Counted from the first letter of the stretch, positions 10,203-17,949 are shown. The stretch is DNA of 32,000 bases from Coprobacillaceae bacterium (GCA_963675515.1 OY776328.1:1290001-1322000); one strand, 5' to 3'. The notes: generated by a model not told the origin, from the letters alone. Translations and numbers: made by a program.

Positions 10203-10702
10203 ATGAAAATCGCTGTTATCGCAGCTGCTCACAAAGCCGGCAGATTGATTGTAAAAGAATAATTGGAACGCGGCCATGAAGTGACCACCATTGTCAAGGA
10301 TGCAAAGAAGCTGACACAGACCGGAATCGATGTAGTTGTCAAGGATATTTTCGACCTTGAAATGGATGACCTGAAGGATTATGACGTTGTTGTCAATGCT
10401 TTCAATGCACCCGCCGGCCAGAAGAAGGGCATGTCATAGCGCCCCGGGTTCTTACCGATGCCTTGGCTGAATTGTCGAAGATAGAAAATATGGACTGGAC
10501 CGATATCTCACTGGCTATATTTTTTGATCCAAGCGGCATCAGGATAGGAAAATATACATTGTCTAATGACAATGTGATCACCAATTCCAGTGGCCAAATC
10601 TATGTGAGCTATCCGGATTTTGTGGTGGCACTGGTGGATGAGATTGAAAATGGCAATCATATCAAAGAAAGATTTACTGTTTTTTCTCAAAACCAGGCTT
10701 GA
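10203..10702 (+). pseudogene. NAD(P)H-binding (NmrA/YwnB-like atypical SDR) gene, degraded
   Basis: The protein starts MKIAVIAAAHKAGRLIVKE, so the GxxGxxG motif is eroded, and hits an in-frame TAA at 10260-10262. It continues LERGHEVTTIVKDAKKL..., reaches a second stop near 10437, and shifts frame into ORF 10463-10702 (DWTDISLAIFFDPSGIRIGKYTL...FVVALVDEIENGNHIKERFTV). The central GGAGSL region appears deleted. Confidence 0.75.
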
Positions 10703-10953
10703 AGTCGCAGTATAATGATAATGGAATAAGAAAATACCGGTAGTGGGTATGATTGCAGGTCCATATGGGATAGTGGCTCTTTCTGGTTGGGTGGGATTGA
10801 TGGTGTACATATCCGAAGTCTGATGGACGATATTTAAGGACGCGGCGGCGAAGCAGTTTGCTTGACATTTTTGGATGGATGTTTATCATTAGGGTATCAA
10901 AAATCATGTATCAGGGGCGTTGATTCGAATACATTAGTTGCAGGAGGTGGCAT

Positions 10954-11235
10954 ATGGGATATCCATATATTTTCAATATCACAATCGAGCAGGACAAGTA
11001 TCGCAGTGACGATGAGATGATCGGTGATGATAGCAGTGTGATTGGACGGGTTCTTTTTGGGGAGCGGATTGTCATGAAAAATGGTGATTCGCTGTACACA
11101 TACGATGTCGAATCCAAAAAAGAAGTTTTTGAAAAGCTTAAGTTTGGAAAAACGAGAATTGCCGGGTTGGATGATTACATGATCGCGGATAGTGCGACCG
11201 TCTACCGGATCAAAAAAGATGATACGTGTTGCTAA
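10954..11235 (+). CDS. hypothetical protein, 93 aa
   Basis: Strong ribosome-binding site GCAGGAGGTGG 5 nt before the ATG, and a terminator directly downstream. No family recognised. Confidence 0.55.
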   Translation: MGYPYIFNITIEQDKYRSDDEMIGDDSSVIGRVLFGERIVMKNGDSLYTYDVESKKEVFEKLKFGKTRIAGLDDYMIADSATVYRIKKDDTCC

Positions 11236-11262
11236 AGTCGGATGATAGGTCCGGCTTTTTTG
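11236..11262 (+). terminator. rho-independent terminator
   Basis: Stem AGTCGGA/TCCGGCT (one G-U pair) followed by a T6 run. Confidence 0.55.
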
Positions 11263-11289
11263 TTTCCATGATTTTCAGGTTTCCCAGTT

Positions 11290-12370
11290 CGTTTTCCCGC
11301 GTAGCTAAGCGGACCTGGTTTTGGAATGAATGGAAAATGCTTTTATTATGTATCTTGATTGTCCTGGGTTTGTCAGAGTGACCAATAGAAAAGTCACCCC
11401 TTTTTCAGGTGGTGACAGTGTCGCATCGCAATTCAGATCGCACATCCAGTATGACTTCCAGGGACTCGATGAACTCTTTTTTGAGATCCAGCGATCCGTT
11501 TTTAATGCACCTCATGCATTCATGCAGCTAGCCATTTTATTTGATGCAGTAGTCTATAGTAGCTGGTGGAGGTATTATATGGATAAAAAAGAACAAGAAT
11601 TTGTTGCATTGATGCGTCACCTCATCATCCATGACATCATTACTGGAAATTCTGGATATCCTATTATTTCCTTAGTTCCATCTAGAGTCACGCCTATGGC
11701 GATATGAACCGCCTCTTTAGACACGGTATCGCGCCGCAAAGGAATAACTGTAGCGTCGGTATAAACAACTGCGTATTGCATGTTTAACGGGCGATTTTTA
11801 AAGGCTTCAACATGGGCAACTATTTCCTTGGTGATATTGGAAACTGTCTGTCTGGAGTATTTCTTGCCGTAGATTGATTCAACAGTTTTGACAATATCGC
11901 TGTTGGCCATCCCTGAATTAAATAGATCGATGACAGTGTTGGTGGTAGCTAGATCGTTTCGTTGATATTTAGGAACCAGCGGAGAATCAAAATCACCCTG
12001 ACGGTCACGTGGTATGCGCAGGTTCAACACACCAAATTTAGTGTTGTAATCACGGGTGTAATAGCCATTTCTTGAATTAGAATTATTAGATCGGTCATAT
12101 TTCTCATAATCAAGAAAAACTGTAAGTTCAGACTTCAAAATATCGTTAATGGCATTCTCCAATTCGCTCCGGAAAAGTTCTGAGACCACTTGTTCAAAAG
12201 CAGGTAGATTATTATCATTAGATATTAGACTTCTAAGTAAGGTTGTTGTAAAATAGTTCATGGGTGTAATCCTCTCGTAAATTGTTTTTTGTCGAACTAA
12301 TTTTACAAGGGTTGCATCCTTTTTTATACTTAAAAGTTGAAATCCTATTTACACAAAATATTTTACACTA
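11290..12370 (-). mobile_element. IS256-family insertion sequence remnant (ends approximate)
   Basis: The transposase N-terminal 214 aa are intact (11617-12261). An IS256-like terminal sequence ...TGTGTAAAT... lies near 12340-12370. Downstream, 11290-11617 holds only scattered out-of-frame echoes of the C-terminal half (LHQI, DLKKEFIESLEVI, NKSIF) in far too little DNA for a full gene. Confidence 0.65.
11617..12261 (-). pseudogene. IS256-family (Mutator-type) transposase, truncated after about 214 aa
   Basis: SELTVFLDYEKYDRS.NSRNGYYTRDYNTKFGVLNLRIPRDRQGDFDSPLVPKYQR...YAVVYTDATVIPLRRD matches the N-terminal half of IS256 transposases as I recall them. Full-length proteins are about 400 aa. 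Confidence 0.8.
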
Positions 12371-12606
12371 TTATCGTAAATAATCCGGGTAAAGAACGAG
12401 TGATGTATGCCGTTCACTCGAAAATCTTGCAAGTGCTCAAGACGAAATTTTTACATCGGCCAAATTATTTTACAATTTTAATCATATTTATGGTTTCATG
12501 ACTAGAATGAAGATGAAAGCTGACAACCCTTTTCGAATAGTGATTTGGCAAATGAAATCAGACATGTTTAGCACATGTCGAAAAATATGGTTTGGGAGGA
12601 ATATTT

Positions 12607-12702
12607 ATGGTCTGGGAAATTACAAAAATTGCAGTTATATTATTTTTCGCGATTATATTTGTCATTGACATTTTGGTGGTTATGTCAAAAAGGGGCGGAT
12701 AG
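12607..12702 (+). CDS. candidate 31-aa hydrophobic peptide (type I toxin-like)
   Basis: Hand translation gives MVWEITKIAVILFFAIIFVIDILVVMSKRGG. GGGAGGA ribosome-binding site lies 7 nt upstream. It is a single TM helix with a basic tail and is below the ORF-track cutoff. Confidence 0.35.
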   Translation: MVWEITKIAVILFFAIIFVIDILVVMSKRGG

Positions 12703-12901
12703 TCATAAAATTTAAAATGAAATGAACCCACCAATGACTCTTTGTTATAATCACACAGTGGGCTACAGTATATGTAAATTCAAATGAAAATCAATATGGC
12801 GATAAATGCTGATTTAGACTTTATGGATGCCATCACAATTCATTGATGTTCGAGGTGCAAGCAATTGATGTCTGGCATTTTTGCGCTTGCATCCAATCCA
12901 A

Positions 12902-13006
12902 TTAATCGCCTGCGTCTTGGTACTCGTTACTTTCAACCGCATTGTTATCGTAATATGTCAATTCCTTTTCAAATGTGATTACGATCATGATTTCATCTTC
13001 GCTCAT
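12902..13006 (-). CDS. candidate 34-aa acidic peptide
   Basis: Hand translation gives MSEDEIMIVITFEKELTYYDNNAVESNEYQDAGD. AAAGGGGA ribosome-binding site lies 6 nt upstream of the ATG at 13006. There is no other support. Confidence 0.25.
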   Translation of the reverse strand: MSEDEIMIVITFEKELTYYDNNAVESNEYQDAGD

Positions 13007-13122
13007 AATTTGTCCCCTTTCAATTTGCCTAAAATCATCAAGTATAGAAAGTTAATGAATTTCCATTTTGCGCATATAATTGGATAATGTCATAAACATT
13101 TTTCATTCAAATTAAATTACTC

Positions 13123-13494
13123 TTGGTAAAATGTTACCACTTTTCGTGGAAATCACAACGAAAACGAATGATTCACGGGGTTGGGTTGACACAATACTTT
13201 CAGGTGGTGTTTATATCGCTGGGCCACACACGGGGGCTCCAAAACACTTATTGCAACGAATATGAGCGAAATATGTGGCTACAGGAGTCTTATGGAAAAG
13301 TGTCGGAACTGTTAGAATTCATAGAATTCAGATTAAGTATAAATATTACCAATGAACTACTAGAACAGCATTACCAAGTTTTGAAATATCAGAGAAAGAT
13401 ATCTGATGAGATTGCGGGTTCAAATGAAAGGCTAGGGATGTATTTGGAGATTGAGCGACTGAAAGAGCTTGAAAACATAGTCGAAAAAAGCTAA
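13123..13494 (+). CDS. hypothetical protein (true start uncertain, possibly ATG at 13273)
   Basis: Open frame in the AT-rich island. The C-terminal half looks helical or coiled. No convincing ribosome-binding site and no family recognised. Confidence 0.35.
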   Translation: MVKCYHFSWKSQRKRMIHGVGLTQYFQVVFISLGHTRGLQNTYCNEYERNMWLQESYGKVSELLEFIEFRLSINITNELLEQHYQVLKYQRKISDEIAGSNERLGMYLEIERLKELENIVEKS

Positions 13495-13617
13495 AACTAT
13501 TTTCTAGGAAAAATCCTTTGAAACCGTTGCTGGATAAGGTGTTCTGGGTTTTGAACTGAGGCAATATAATATTAGGGTTATTTTGCATGGATTATTGACA
13601 AAATTGGGGGTAAAAAA

Positions 13618-14118
13618 GTGATAATTACAATAAATACGATTCATATCCTTAGAGCGGAAGTACAAATGTATCAAGGAGTGCTCGAGGCGGCTACTGAGTT
13701 AATATCAAAAAAGATAGAGGAATATGAATCGAGGTCGGCCAAAATAGAGTCAATCCACGATAAATTGTACAATAAGGTTAGAAATGCAAATTACGGGATT
13801 GACTATTCTGGTATGATTACTGTTGAATTAGATTATAAATATCTTTCATTGATTGAAGAGCAGCTGATATTGGAGAATGATCTACGGAGAAAGTATTTAA
13901 ACGGCTTCGATATCGTGAACGAATTTAATCATGACTATCTTAAAGAACTTGATTATTGGTGTACCAGGATTGAAACGGTGGAATATTATTTGATTATGTT
14001 GGATAAAATTATTTTGAGTTTATTGCACATCCGGGCGATATATATAGGAAAAGTAAGCATATACTTAATAGACTGGTATGAAAGAGGTGTGTTTGTCAAT
14101 GATGGATGCACCAATTAG
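13618..14118 (+). CDS. hypothetical protein, 166 aa
   Basis: GTG start preceded by TGGGGGT. The sequence is AT-rich and K/E/Y/I-rich. No family recognised. Confidence 0.45.
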   Translation: MIITINTIHILRAEVQMYQGVLEAATELISKKIEEYESRSAKIESIHDKLYNKVRNANYGIDYSGMITVELDYKYLSLIEEQLILENDLRRKYLNGFDIVNEFNHDYLKELDYWCTRIETVEYYLIMLDKIILSLLHIRAIYIGKVSIYLIDWYERGVFVNDGCTN

Positions 14119-14178
14119 TGCGTTTATCGTTGACAAACAAGGAATAGCATAGTAATATTATCGTACAAGGAGGGGACT

Positions 14179-14484
14179 ATGAGCACTCATTATAATCAAC
14201 AATATTCTAGATCGGAGATTGAAGAGTTACTCGAAACAATCAAAGATTATGTACGCAACGATAAGCATTCTATGGCGTTGAATGAAAATAGGGAAGAAAA
14301 CAGGGGTTTTGTGAATGACTATAATGTTAATCGTCGAAAATTAAAAGAGATTTTGTTATGCATTGTAGTTGAAGATTTTTGTCATTCTCTAAATAATGTT
14401 AATAGAGGATTTGAACATGAGATCTTATATGTCTTTGTGCCAAAAGTGGATTTATTAACTGGTCGAGAACACTCGCGACTTTAG
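14179..14484 (+). pseudogene. MqsR-like toxin gene, 5' fragment (native sequence to about 14458, then read-through into the IS left end)
   Basis: Strong ribosome-binding site AAGGAGGGG. The EDFCHSLNN...HEILYVFVPKV pattern resembles MqsR (SDFYKSMTT...WQDVYRPRL). The ORF ends in the IS hairpin region. Confidence 0.5.
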
Positions 14485-14624
14485 TCGTGGAGATGAATCG
14501 ACTTTTTTGTGACTCTTTTCAACTGTGTTCTATTGGCTACATATATTGTTAAAATTATGGACTAAAAGTGCTTTAAAGCTGTAATTTTTTGCAACCATAT
14601 GTTAAAATGTATATGAGGTGATAA

Positions 14625-15053
14625 ATGATGGCTGATATTAATTACGGACGTGGTTATGTCTATTCGATTCAATACCATCTGGTCTGGTGTGTGAAATACC
14701 GTCACGATATTTTGACTGGTCAAGTTGACGATGATGTCAAGAAATTGTTGACTAAGATTGCAGCTGATAATGACATAAATATCGTTGAAATGGAATCGGA
14801 TAAGGACCATATCCACTTGCTTATCGATTGCAAGCCCCAACACCATATTCCCAGTATGGTAAAAGCGTTCAAAGGGTTATCTGCAAGATTCCTGTTCAAG
14901 CAACATCCTGAGCTTAAAAGTCGTCTATGGAAAGGTCATTTGTGGAATCCCAGCTATTTCGTAGCCACTGTTAGTGATAATACTCAACAGCAGATAATAG
15001 ATTATATAAAAAGTCAGAAGAAGAAATTAGGTGATGATGTTGTTGCACCATAA
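14625..15053 (+). CDS. tnpA: IS200/IS605 family Y1 (HUH) transposase TnpA
   Basis: YHLVWCVKYR, HUH motif HIHLLI, WNPSYFVATV and a C-terminal catalytic-Tyr region IIDYIKSQ. GAGGTG ribosome-binding site. 142 aa. Confidence 0.9.
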   Translation: MMADINYGRGYVYSIQYHLVWCVKYRHDILTGQVDDDVKKLLTKIAADNDINIVEMESDKDHIHLLIDCKPQHHIPSMVKAFKGLSARFLFKQHPELKSRLWKGHLWNPSYFVATVSDNTQQQIIDYIKSQKKKLGDDVVAP

Positions 15054-16179
15054 GGCATACAAGTTCAGGATCTACCCTGATAGTGAACAGGTAATACTGA
15101 TCTGTAAAACGATCGGATGTGCCCGATTTGTCTACAATCATTTCCTTAATCTGTGGAATGAGGCGTATGTCAATTCCGGTAAAGGTCTGTCTTACAATTC
15201 CTGCTCAGCCATGCTTCCGCAAATGAAACGGGATGATAATACGGAATGGCTAAAGGAAGTAGACAGCATCGCCCTCCAATCATCGGTGAAGAATCTTTCC
15301 GATTCTTTCGCGAGGTTCTTTAAAAAGCAAAACAGCCACCCGCGATACAAGAGCAAGAAGAATCCGGTTCAAAGCTACACTACAAAGAATGTGAACAACA
15401 GTATCGCTGTAATCGGCAAGTCGATCAAGTTGCCTAAGTTAGGTCTGGTAAGGTTCGCCAAGAGTCGGGAGATCAAGGGAAGGATAATTAAGGCGACAAT
15501 CCGGAAAAATCCCAGTGGCAAATACTTTGTTGCAATTGTTGTTGAAGAAAAGATCGAACAATTGCCCAAAGCGAATTCGATTATCGGTATTGACCTTGGC
15601 ATCCGTGACTTCGCGACATTTTCAAATGGCAGAAAAGTCGCAAATCATAAGTTCACTGGCAAGATGGAAAAGAAACTAATCTGCGAACAGAAAAAGCTGT
15701 CAAGACGGGCACGCCTAGCCAAAAGCAAAGGAATCAATCTTCTTGAAGCAAGAAACTACCAGAAACAAAGACGCAAAGTGGCATTGCTCCATGAAAAGGT
15801 AATGAACCAACGCAATGACTTTTTGAACAAGTTGACAACCCAGATCATCAAAAACCACGATGTAATCTGCATAGAAGACTTGAACACATTAGGAATGTTG
15901 CGTAATCATAGACTGGCTAAAAGCATATCCGATGTTTCCTGGTCGGCATTTGTGGCTAAGCTTATCTACAAGGCTGAATGGTATGGCAGAGAAATCATCA
16001 AGGTGGACCGCTGGTATGAGTCCAGCCAGATATGCAATAAATGTGGCCACAAGGATTGCAAGAAACCACTCCACATCAGGGAATGGACTTGTCCTAATTG
16101 TGGCAGTACCAATGACCGAGACATAAATGCAAGCAAGAACATCCTGAAAGAAGGACTGCGCATAATAGCATCAACATAA
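15031..16179 (+). CDS. tnpB: TnpB (IS605 OrfB) RNA-guided endonuclease; start may be ATG 15034 or 15037
   Basis: N-terminal AYKFRIYP..EQ. RuvC-like acidic residues sit in IGIDLGIRDF, ICIEDLN and NDRDINASKNI. Zn finger CNKCGH...CPNCG. The 5' end overlaps the tnpA 3' end. Confidence 0.9.
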   Translation: MMMLLHHKAYKFRIYPDSEQVILICKTIGCARFVYNHFLNLWNEAYVNSGKGLSYNSCSAMLPQMKRDDNTEWLKEVDSIALQSSVKNLSDSFARFFKKQNSHPRYKSKKNPVQSYTTKNVNNSIAVIGKSIKLPKLGLVRFAKSREIKGRIIKATIRKNPSGKYFVAIVVEEKIEQLPKANSIIGIDLGIRDFATFSNGRKVANHKFTGKMEKKLICEQKKLSRRARLAKSKGINLLEARNYQKQRRKVALLHEKVMNQRNDFLNKLTTQIIKNHDVICIEDLNTLGMLRNHRLAKSISDVSWSAFVAKLIYKAEWYGREIIKVDRWYESSQICNKCGHKDCKKPLHIREWTCPNCGSTNDRDINASKNILKEGLRIIAST

Positions 16180-16311
16180 ACAACTACTTAACTGTAGGGA
16201 CTACGGGGATAGCTTGGTAAAGAAGAGAAACCGCTGATTATGGTGGATGCACCATAATCAAGTAAGCTCTGTTCCCAAGAATCCCGTGACTTTCAGTCAT
16301 GGGAGGTTCAA
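16140..16311 (+). ncRNA. predicted omega RNA (reRNA) scaffold of TnpB (5' boundary is a guess)
   Basis: By analogy with characterised IS200/IS605 TnpB loci, the RNA spans the tnpB 3' end to the right end. A perfect 10-bp hairpin GATTATGGTG-GATG-CACCATAATC lies at 16236-16259 and a 9-bp hairpin at 16283-16303. Confidence 0.4.
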
Positions 16312-16439
16312 ACAATATTGATGGAGAAAAAGAGGAGGTGGAAATATATATTAAATTCAACATTTTGAATGATCGGGATAAAGTAGTGGTAATTTCTTTT
16401 CATAAATTAAACAGACCGATAGATTATTTGTTTGTGTAG
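16312..16439 (+). pseudogene. MqsR-like toxin gene, 3' fragment
   Basis: Hand translation gives NNIDGEKEEEVEIYIKFNILNDRDKVVVISFHKLNRPIDYLFV*. Compare the MqsR C-terminus GQVYLKITVIHDVLIVSFKEK. Confidence 0.5.
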
Positions 16440-16464
16440 TAAGTTGAAAAGTGGGGAAAAGAAA

Positions 16465-17501
16465 ATGAAAATGAAAATTGAAAATTTAAATGAAAATGAA
16501 AATGTAAATGAAGAAGAAAAAGTATTTTGTTATGAATGTAGAGATGATGTAAGTTATAATTTGCAAAGTATAAATCTTATTGGCAAATTAAAAGGTATTA
16601 AATATGAGTATGTCGGAAAAGTAGCTTATTGCGATGAATGTGGTCTTGAAGTATATATACCAGATGTTGAAGATTTTAATTTAAAAGCGCTTTATGATGT
16701 TTATCGTGAGGCAAACGATATTATATCTTTAGAAAAAATCAAAGAAATACCCAGTAAATATGATATTGGAAAGAGACCATTGTCATTGCTATTAAATTGG
16801 GGAGAAAATACTTTCAGCCGATTTGTCAATGGGGATATGCCATCAAAGCATATTCTGATGTGCTGAAAAAAATATATGAAAGTCCAGAATATTTCAAAGA
16901 AATTTTGGAAACTGGCAAATCTAATTTAAAATCCGAATTGTCATATGAAAGGAGTATAAAAAAAGTTAACAGTTTGCTAAATTCAAAAGTTTTACAAAGT
17001 AGTAAAATTGATGAAGTTATAGAATATATTTTGTACAAATGTGAAGATACAACACATTTGGCACTTCAAAAAATTTTGTACTATGTTCAGGGCTTTAATT
17101 ATGCTTTTTATGAAAAATTTTGTTTCGAAGATGAATGTGAAGCCTGGGTACATGGTCCTGTCTTTAGGAATGTTTATAGTAAATATTCTTCTTCTGGATA
17201 TGATTCTATTGAATCACCAAAGGAACTTTGTTTTATAACGCTCACTTCAATAGAAGTGGCAATTTTGGACAGTGTTATTAAAAATTTTGCATGTTATAGT
17301 GGTAAAACTTTGGAGAGTTTTACACATTCTGAAGAGCCTTGGATCGTAACTAGAGGAGATTTGCCGATGGGAATGCCATCTGATAAAGTTATTGAAAAAG
17401 AATTGATTGCTAAGTATTTTAAAGAAGTTAAGAATAAGTATGAAATGTTAAAACCTTCGGATATAAAAAAATATTCATCTTCTTTATTTGATGAAATTTG
17501 A
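16465..17501 (+). pseudogene. MqsA-like Zn-ribbon/HTH antitoxin fused to a Panacea (DUF4065, SocA/GepA-like) domain, frameshifted
   Basis: Zn ribbon CYEC...CDEC followed by LSLLLNWGENTFSRFVNGDMPSK (HTH). The frame breaks near 16846-16850, and ORF 16797-17501 continues AYSDVLKKIYESPEYFKEIL, which parallels MqsA STIKLLRVLDKHPELLNEI. The Panacea core follows: LALQKILYYVQGFNYAFYEK.....EAWVHGPVF..VY. Confidence 0.7.
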
Positions 17502-17670
17502 AATAGTATTTTGAATGACCACATGGCTCAGGTTGAGAATTTTAGTAGTGAAATGTCGAAATTTGGCCGCTTAATAATCCAACAAATTTCAGCATTTCAG
17601 AACAGTTATCGCATTTTCGCAAACCAATAGAATTGCTGCCTGTGTTTTATGGTCATTCAAAAATAGTATT

Positions 17671-17713
17671 GACTTACTTTTGATTTACATTTTAGAAAGT
17701 AAGTCTTTTTTTT
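17671..17713 (+). terminator. rho-independent terminator of the TA locus
   Basis: Perfect 10-bp stem GACTTACTTT (17671-17680) / AAAGTAAGTC (17696-17705) followed by a T8 run (17706-17713). Confidence 0.7.
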
Positions 17714-17949
17714 CCTTTCATTAATTGTTTAATGCATTATATAAACAATTTTAAAAAGAATGCTGTATTAAGCATGGTGTTAAAGTGATAATATTTAAAT
17801 GTGAAGCAAACGAAAATATTTTTAATAGAGTCATTGTTTACTATGTACATAGTATTAATCAAGTTGATTGCTTGTGACCATTTTGGTGACCGTTAGAAAT
17901 GCATATCTACAAAACACTTAGTAAACACCTACACAATTTTGTGTTAAAA

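Larger units (their letters stand above)
14459..16311 (+). mobile_element. IS200/IS605-family insertion sequence (tnpA + tnpB), about 1.85 kb; junction ambiguous by 1 nt
   Basis: Related subterminal hairpins at both ends: CGCGACTTTAGTCGTG at 14474-14489 and CCCGTGACTTTCAGTCATGGG at 16283-16303. The right end finishes ...TTCAA, like the TCAA end of IS608. There are no terminal inverted repeats or target duplication, as expected for this family. Removing 14459-16311 fuses the flanking fragments in frame. Confidence 0.85.

Noticed and set aside
11330-11707. 125-aa plus-strand ORF
   Set aside because: It is antisense to the IS256 transposase remnant, including overlap with its intact N-terminal ORF, and has no ribosome-binding site or recognisable family.
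14562-14846. 94-aa minus-strand ORF
   Set aside because: It is antisense to tnpA, whose HUH transposase motifs are unambiguous.
16461-16512. Imperfect tandem GAAAAT/GAAAATG hexamer-like repeats
   Set aside because: They lie inside the antitoxin coding sequence (MKMKIENLNENENVNEEEK) as a low-complexity N-terminal tail. This is not a CRISPR array or a regulatory repeat array, although slippage there is conceivable.
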